From the IMG/VR virus record IMGVR_UViG_3300022602_000089: 64,000 nucleotides of DNA. One strand, 5' to 3'. The position numbers and the translations under genes were made by a program. The notes beneath the pieces are model-generated. The model was not told where the DNA came from and did no database searches. It worked only from the letters and a program-made list of their open reading frames with translations. The DNA is from an uncultured virus (IMG/VR IMGVR_UViG_3300022602_000089). Lineage: Duplodnaviria; Heunggongvirae; Uroviricota; Caudoviricetes. This document shows positions 59,075-64,000 of this stretch, piece after piece. Numbering within the stretch: the first letter of the stretch is position 1; the number at the start of each line of letters is the position of its first letter.

Positions 59075-59142
59075 TTACTTCTCCTTGTGTATAAAAAATT
59101 AAAAAACTTATGTACGTCACCATGACGTGTATAAAAACTGCA

Positions 59143-60120
59143 TTACTGCATACAACTAAACCCACCAAACCTCGATAAAATATCATCGATCCCTTCCTTG
59201 ACGTTCGACCGCACAGCATCGCTGTCTCGGATGTCCTCTGCACTTACACCGTCTAGGACTTTCTCTAGCGATGCCCTTGCTTGTTCTAGCTCGCTATCAT
59301 GTTTGAGATTAAACACTTTGAAACTGTCACACATATCTAATGCTTTCTGTACAGTCGTGTCGTATATCTTCCTACGCTTGGTTTTCATCTGACCTGTTTT
59401 ATCTAAGCCAATATCGTCAGCACCGCAACAATGAGAGATACTCTGCATTACATCGATAAGCCTTCTACTCTGTTCTTTTGCGATGCTCTCGATAATGTCG
59501 GAACTTTGCTTACTCAATGTCGTAAATAAATCCTCAGCGATATCCTTCGCTATGCCACAACGAAAGTCATTTGTAGGAACTTCTGACACATACAACTGCA
59601 CGTTGAACTTCGATGCAATCTGTTCTCTCGGTGGATAGTCCGCACGGTTAAACATAGTACCTTGCTTGAAAGCCATGTCCGATACGATTGAGTCATAGTC
59701 CATGACTAATGAATCCACTAATTGATGGAACGCTAACTCATGCTCGTGATACTCTTGTTTGAACTTCGGCACATCGATTGATGGTAATAACTGCTGTGAT
59801 TGATTCCACTTGTAAGTCCTACGTTGAAGCCAGTTATAGATAGTCTGCCTGTAATTCACCACCGCTTTGTGCTTGGGATGATTAGCCAATAGATTCTTAA
59901 CATACCTACCCGCACTTTTGTCTGCATTGTGTGACATAGTAACTTCATCGCTGATACCACGATCTTGTTTAGTAGCTGACCATACGCTGATATCCACGCT
60001 GACCAACACCGCACTACTCGCCAATGAGATTAAATGCTCAGGCATCTCTAGGTTTAATTTAGTTTGCTCTACTTCTTCTTGATCGGCAAGGTCTTGCCAT
60101 TCTTCTAAATGTCTGCTCAT
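59143..60120 (-). CDS. DUF3150-like protein
   Basis: W.A.K.D, K.L and F...DYP motifs; ATG at 60120 after GGGAG; precedes the AAA-VWA pair. Confidence 0.55.
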   Translation of the reverse strand: MSRHLEEWQDLADQEEVEQTKLNLEMPEHLISLASSAVLVSVDISVWSATKQDRGISDEVTMSHNADKSAGRYVKNLLANHPKHKAVVNYRQTIYNWLQRRTYKWNQSQQLLPSIDVPKFKQEYHEHELAFHQLVDSLVMDYDSIVSDMAFKQGTMFNRADYPPREQIASKFNVQLYVSEVPTNDFRCGIAKDIAEDLFTTLSKQSSDIIESIAKEQSRRLIDVMQSISHCCGADDIGLDKTGQMKTKRRKIYDTTVQKALDMCDSFKVFNLKHDSELEQARASLEKVLDGVSAEDIRDSDAVRSNVKEGIDDILSRFGGFSCMQ

Positions 60121-60255
60121 GCTACTCTCCCTATAAATAAATCCACTATGACGTGGAACGCTATATAAAAAATACTTAATACTAAAAACAGCCATATAAA
60201 CCACTCTGACTTTTTCATCATTACCCCCCTGTTAAATTTGTTTCCCTACTAATCA

Positions 60256-60303
60256 TTAGTATAACATAACTTTACATTTAAACATAGTGTCTGCGTAAAG
60301 TAT
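60256..60303 (-). promoter_or_regulatory. Early promoter element, copy 1
   Basis: Extended -10 TGtTATACT; ~48-bp similarity to 61901-61948. Confidence 0.65.
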
Positions 60304-60316
60304 TTTATGTAAGAAC

Positions 60317-60496
60317 TCATAGGGAATACTCATGTGCTTGGATTACGACCTCATAGCCTAATTGTTTAATTGTGTATATATCCGTTTTAGTTAGCGTAGT
60401 GTGTCTTGCTAACTCTGCTAACAGCTTTGCCGTTTCGCACTTCGGATAGATCATCTCGTTACCATAGACGTTGCGTCTCTCAACTATGATCTTCAT
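60317..60496 (-). CDS. Small phage protein
   Basis: MKIIVERRNVYGNEMIYP.C...IKQLGY; ATGA coupling. Confidence 0.65.
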   Translation of the reverse strand: MKIIVERRNVYGNEMIYPKCETAKLLAELARHTTLTKTDIYTIKQLGYEVVIQAHEYSL

Positions 60497-60975
60497 AGCC
60501 AGTCCGTTACTATCTGACGAGATGTATATGCCCAGTCCCAATCACCAGTCCCTATTCGCATTTCATCGACATCGTCTAAGTTCTCGCCTAGCCTCACAAA
60601 GACAGCACCTATGTATGGATTAGGATTATCCTTATTGTTAGCCCACTCATCTGCTAGGCTAAATAAACTGTTATGGCACTTAACGTCAAGGAAGTCGGGA
60701 TACCATTTCACATAATCGGCATAGAAGTTAATCTGTAAGTTCTCCTCGTCTATCCGCAGTCCTTCAACCCTCGATCTAAATTCCGATTCCACTAACTCGT
60801 TGAAGCATGGTCGGGTTTCTTCCTTCATTTTCGCTTCCGCTAAGAATGTATAGAATGACTCTCTGCACTTAGCTAGATCAGCTTCTTCTGCATCGCCTTG
60901 TTTCTCGCCACTTGCAACTTGGCTTGCTGTAATAAAGCGTATTGTGTACGCAACCTCAGAACGGTATCCCATCAT
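60493..60975 (-). CDS. Hypothetical phage protein
   Basis: MGYRSEV, VKWY and FVRLGE..DD motifs. Confidence 0.75.
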   Translation of the reverse strand: MMGYRSEVAYTIRFITASQVASGEKQGDAEEADLAKCRESFYTFLAEAKMKEETRPCFNELVESEFRSRVEGLRIDEENLQINFYADYVKWYPDFLDVKCHNSLFSLADEWANNKDNPNPYIGAVFVRLGENLDDVDEMRIGTGDWDWAYTSRQIVTDWL

Positions 60976-61202
60976 TCACCCCCTAAATATTTTTTAACTA
61001 GATCGATAGCATCGATTGGACACTCGGCACTTAGAACCATTGTCCGTTCAACTCCATTCACAACGTAATTAACTTCATGCAATACTCGTGGCTTAGAATC
61101 ATCCTTCTCTATAGCCCTCGCTTGGAAGTATTCAGCTTTCATTTGTGCATCCTTTCTCTCCTCAATCTCATGCTTCAGGTGTTGTGCAAATGTTTTACTC
61201 AT
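60972..61202 (-). CDS. Hypothetical protein
   Basis: SD AAGGAG; ATGA coupling. Confidence 0.65.
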   Translation of the reverse strand: MSKTFAQHLKHEIEERKDAQMKAEYFQARAIEKDDSKPRVLHEVNYVVNGVERTMVLSAECPIDAIDLVKKYLGGE

Positions 61203-61353
61203 GGTGCTTCTCCTTTTTCGGTTGTGGTGTTAATAAATAGAAATACGGATTGCTTGACCTGACTGCCTCGATCTTATCCTTGAACGGTTTATCGCTTAGG
61301 ATTACATTAAGCAACGAGAAGTCATCTTGTTTTTTGATTTTAGTTGTTCGCAT
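61195..61353 (-). CDS. 52-aa hypothetical protein (not in the ORF track)
   Basis: MRTTKIKKQDDFSLLNVILSD...KEKHHE fills the gap in the operon. Confidence 0.5.
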   Translation of the reverse strand: MRTTKIKKQDDFSLLNVILSDKPFKDKIEAVRSSNPYFYLLTPQPKKEKHHE

Positions 61354-61382
61354 TTATTTCCCTTTCTTTTCTAGTTCGCTTA

Positions 61383-61604
61383 TCATGTTGTCCTCTTAGG
61401 GTTAAGTTGTTTTAGCTGAGTCAGGTCTGTAATCAGCATATAGTTTGATTTGTTGATAGGTGCAATAGTGTACTTTTTTGACTTGAGATGTGCAACCTCA
61501 TCACCGCAATCTAAGCATAATAAGATTCCTATGCGATAGCGTTGTTCACTATATGTATCACCACACAATTTGCATTGTGGCATAAAAGTTTCATCAACCA
61601 TCAC
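61383..61604 (-). CDS. Zinc-finger protein
   Basis: CKLC...CLDC; P.NKSNY and LNPK. Confidence 0.75.
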   Translation of the reverse strand: MMVDETFMPQCKLCGDTYSEQRYRIGILLCLDCGDEVAHLKSKKYTIAPINKSNYMLITDLTQLKQLNPKRTT

Positions 61605-61801
61605 TCACCCCTCCCGTATTTGTTCTCAAAGAAATCCAACCAGTCCTCGAACTCTTTTTCATACTGCTGTATTGCTTGCTCTGTGTTTTCGAGTCCACTA
61701 AGATGTGGATTGAGATGTGGATTGGACAATTTAAATTCAGAATCTAATTGCTCCCATGCTTGCTCTTGTTCTTCCATTAACATAGCTTTAACTCTACCCA
61801 T
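61601..61801 (-). CDS. Small acidic protein
   Basis: SD AGGAG; MGRVK start; NPHL twice. Confidence 0.65.
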   Translation of the reverse strand: MGRVKAMLMEEQEQAWEQLDSEFKLSNPHLNPHLSGLENTEQAIQQYEKEFEDWLDFFENKYGRGE

Positions 61802-61900
61802 GATTACTCTCCTAATTGATAAGTGATTCCACGTTTGCGTGGATTGTTAAATAAGTTTTACTGCTGGACAACAACGAAAAACGACTGCCTTACTACACTA

Positions 61901-61948
61901 TTAGTATAACATAACTTGACATATAAACAAAGTGTTTCAGTAAAGTAG
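61901..61948 (-). promoter_or_regulatory. Early promoter element, copy 2
   Basis: TTGTTT-16 nt-TATACT with extended TG; near-identical to 60256-60303. Confidence 0.65.
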
Positions 61949-62013
61949 TTAATAGCTAACAAGCGTAATACGGCAGTCGAGGGGTAAGGGTTGGATTGGT
62001 GGGGTAGGTCGGC

Positions 62014-62352
62014 TTATCTCTGTTTGTGGAAACTCTTACGTCTGAACAGGACTTCATCTCTGTCACCGTTTGCATAGCGTAGGGCTAAAGACTCTTTGCT
62101 GATGCCAGTTATTTCTGCCCATTCTTTTAGTGTATGAGTTTCGGGTTTGGCTTTGGCTTCGAGTTTGTACTCTACGAATATGTTGTAGCTGACTGGTATT
62201 TTATTAGGGATTGGTTTCTCTAGTAATGCTTTACCACGCAATCCTTTTTTCCAACGATGGGATAGGACTTGTATGCTGATGCCACTCTTTTCAGCCCATT
62301 CCTTCATTGTGTGTGATTCGTTTCTAAATCTGTATATCTGCTTCGTAAACAT
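62014..62352 (-). CDS. DNA-binding protein with two tandem HTH-like repeats
   Basis: HTMKEWAEKSGIS..L..R...G and HTLKEWAEITGIS..L..R...G. Confidence 0.7.
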   Translation of the reverse strand: MFTKQIYRFRNESHTMKEWAEKSGISIQVLSHRWKKGLRGKALLEKPIPNKIPVSYNIFVEYKLEAKAKPETHTLKEWAEITGISKESLALRYANGDRDEVLFRRKSFHKQR

Positions 62353-62359
62353 GGATTTT

Positions 62360-62760
62360 CCTCTTTGGTTATGTTCTAGAAAAAATTCTAGTTATTCCAT
62401 TGTATCTTAAAATCTAAGAAGTTTCTAGAATTTTTTTGAGGGGTATTTTAGAGGGGTTAAGTTATTGATTTTATTGTATTATTATTATTATTATTTAATA
62501 GATAGTAGTAGTAGTAGTAAGAAAATTCTAAATTCTACGGTTTTTAAAAAGGATATACCTTATGGCGATGTTTTTTTATTGACGATATTACACTCTCTGC
62601 CACATTGTCGTTCTGTGCAAAAAACGCAATTTAGTAGGTATCCCCCTAAAATCGTTTAGAATTTTAGAACTTTTTTACAGAGTTTAATTAAATCAACAAG
62701 TTACAAGCGAAAAAAATTCTTCAGTTTTCAGGAAATTCTAAATCGTTTTTGGAATTTTTC
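62360..62760. other. AT-rich non-coding region, candidate replication origin
   Basis: Repeated AATTCTA/TAGAA motifs in both orientations, (TAT)n and (TAG)n tracts, IHF-consensus sites at 62458-62470 (-) and 62691-62703 (+). Confidence 0.5.
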
Positions 62761-62801
62761 AATTCCACTAGTAAGTGGATCGTTATTTAAGGTCTTGTCT
62801 G

Positions 62802-62868
62802 TCATTTAGAATAAAATTAAATGATGCAACGTATAAATCTGGCTATCATTTAGAATAAAATTAAATGA
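62802..62868. repeat. 23-bp direct repeat, 2 copies, each a palindrome
   Basis: TCATTTAGAATAAAATTAAATGA at 62802-62824 and 62846-62868. Confidence 0.9.
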
Positions 62869-62916
62869 CACACTCACGCACTCAAGGATATGTAACTGGT
62901 TTCAATTTGACAGGCG

Positions 62917-62949
62917 AAAAAAAACCTGATATGCTATCGCATATCAGGT
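62917..62949 (-). terminator. Rho-independent terminator
   Basis: 11-bp stem ACCTGATATGC/GCATATCAGGT followed by T-run, just after the 62959 stop. Confidence 0.85.
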
Positions 62950-62958
62950 CTAAAAATA

Positions 62959-63600
62959 TTACTTAAGCCATACTAGATTAAACGCTTTGATCGATTGTTT
63001 TAACTTATCAAGATCAGCAGTTATATCGTCACGTTTTTTGGCACTTCCGCAACGTGCGATCAAACCCGTTTTGCCGTCATTGAATACAGCGTCAACGACT
63101 TCTGTAAAATCTTTTACAGCAGTTCTAGCATTTTCCTTCCCTTCGTTTTGAATCCGTCTTGCTTCCCGCTTGAGATCGTTAATGCGATTACTGCAATACG
63201 TTTGGACTTCCTTCCTGATCTGTTTGACAATCGGGTACATATACGGTTCAGTTTCTTTTAACTTACCAAACACTTGCTGATTAAAGCTAAAGGCAAAATC
63301 AACGCCTATTAGTTTCTTATTACTTGCTTCCTTTAGGTTATTACTATCATTAACCAACAAGTACTTATCATCAATTACAGCGTATTGCTTCGGCGGATTA
63401 TTCTCACTAAAACGTAAACGATAGCCCTCGTTTAACTGCTCAAGAGCTTCTTTCGGTATATCTTCGGGGAAGCCTACTACATTGGATAAACAATATCGAG
63501 CAACCGATTTGACAGTATCTCCTGCCCGAGCTTGTTTATATGCACCATCTTTTAATGATGTAATTACTTCGTTTTGTGTTGCAATATTTTTTGTAGCCAT
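62959..63600 (-). CDS. Hypothetical early protein
   Basis: 213 aa, SD AAGGA, own terminator. Confidence 0.8.
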   Translation of the reverse strand: MATKNIATQNEVITSLKDGAYKQARAGDTVKSVARYCLSNVVGFPEDIPKEALEQLNEGYRLRFSENNPPKQYAVIDDKYLLVNDSNNLKEASNKKLIGVDFAFSFNQQVFGKLKETEPYMYPIVKQIRKEVQTYCSNRINDLKREARRIQNEGKENARTAVKDFTEVVDAVFNDGKTGLIARCGSAKKRDDITADLDKLKQSIKAFNLVWLK

Positions 63601-63801
63601 GATGTTAAATCCTTTATGAAAAGTTAAACTGCTGAAATATGACTAATGAGAATCACTAGCCATGTGTTATATATACCCGATTTCCTAATTAAAAAGCAAG
63701 ATTCCACTAGGTAGTGGATCGTTATTTAAGGTTTTGTGACGCACTATTGCATATCCGCCATGCACACGCACCACACACTCGGCGATGAGTAACTGGTTTC
63801 A

Positions 63802-63819
63802 AACCGGCTTGCGCCGGTT
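63802..63819 (-). terminator. GNRA-loop hairpin after the truncated ORF
   Basis: AACCGGC-GCAA-GCCGGTT on the minus strand; weak U-tract. Confidence 0.45.
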
Positions 63820-63823
63820 GATG

Positions 63824-64000
63824 TTATCGATACACCACTTCTATCATCGAGTTGCGCTTCAGTATGAACACGCCTACTTTGAAAGCATCAAGCGCTAGGC
63901 TTAAGTTATCAAACCGTTTAATCTTACGGCATATTACATCACCGTCTTTTACAACCGTCTCAGTTACTTTGTAACACTTGGTTACAGGAAATAGTTCTAG
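63824..64000 (-). CDS. Partial ORF running off the window end
   Basis: Open frame ...KVTETVVKDGDVICRKIKRF...EVVYR then stop. Confidence 0.5.
   Translation of the reverse strand, partial: LELFPVTKCYKVTETVVKDGDVICRKIKRFDNLSLALDAFKVGVFILKRNSMIEVVYR

Larger units (their letters stand above)
49136..63718. promoter_or_regulatory. Dispersed 16-bp palindromic sites TCCAC-N6-GTGGA
   Basis: Perfect copies start at 49136, 52913, 54063, 57269, 58682, 60142, 61694, 61828, 62764 and 63703. Confidence 0.8.

Noticed and set aside
59115..59131. Additional TCCAC-N6-GTGGA copy (GTCAC-CATGAC-GTGTA)
   Set aside because: Three mismatches; equally explained as a separate ACGTCA/TGACGT palindrome, so it was not counted
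62465..62659. ORF with poly-Tyr and poly-Ser
   Set aside because: Product of (TAT)n and (TAG)n tracts; no RBS and on the opposite strand to neighbouring genes
62802..62868. CRISPR array
   Set aside because: Only two repeats with a 21-bp spacer and no cas operon
49136..63718. TCCAC/GTGGA half-sites as DnaA boxes
   Set aside because: Flanks rarely complete TTATCCACA, and the fixed inverted 6-bp spacing points to a different dimeric binder
1..64000. Stop-codon reassignment, tRNA genes or an integrase
   Set aside because: Standard-code ORFs tile both arms densely; I recognised no cloverleaf or recombinase motifs by eye

Overview
The window is most of a tailed dsDNA phage genome with a podovirus-like layout, probably infecting a Gram-negative proteobacterium (inferred from a GH108 endolysin, a lipoprotein and IHF-consensus sites). 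The + strand arm (0.5-39 kb) holds terminase, portal, GroES, scaffold, a Mu gpT-like major capsid protein, small basic proteins, tail/fibre genes, lysis genes and three ejected-protein genes, including a 2241-aa polyvalent protein. The - strand arm (39-64 kb) holds a primase/DUF927 helicase, SNF2 helicase, Cas4-like nuclease, PolA, VRR-NUC, a MoxR-AAA/VWA-metallopeptidase module and many small early genes. I saw no integrase, tRNA, CRISPR array or reverse transcriptase. Main unexplained signals: (1) the palindrome TCCAC-N6-GTGGA, with 10 perfect and 6 one-mismatch copies confined to the right ~15 kb, mostly inside coding sequence; (2) a 56-aa gene with its own Shine-Dalgarno overprinted inside the giant virion protein gene; (3) a shared hydrophobic-x-x-GG motif across small basic and ejected proteins; (4) two pseudoknotted RNA elements; (5) cassette-like repeated gene ends and intergenic modules in the early region. 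All family assignments come from motif recognition by eye, not from database searches.
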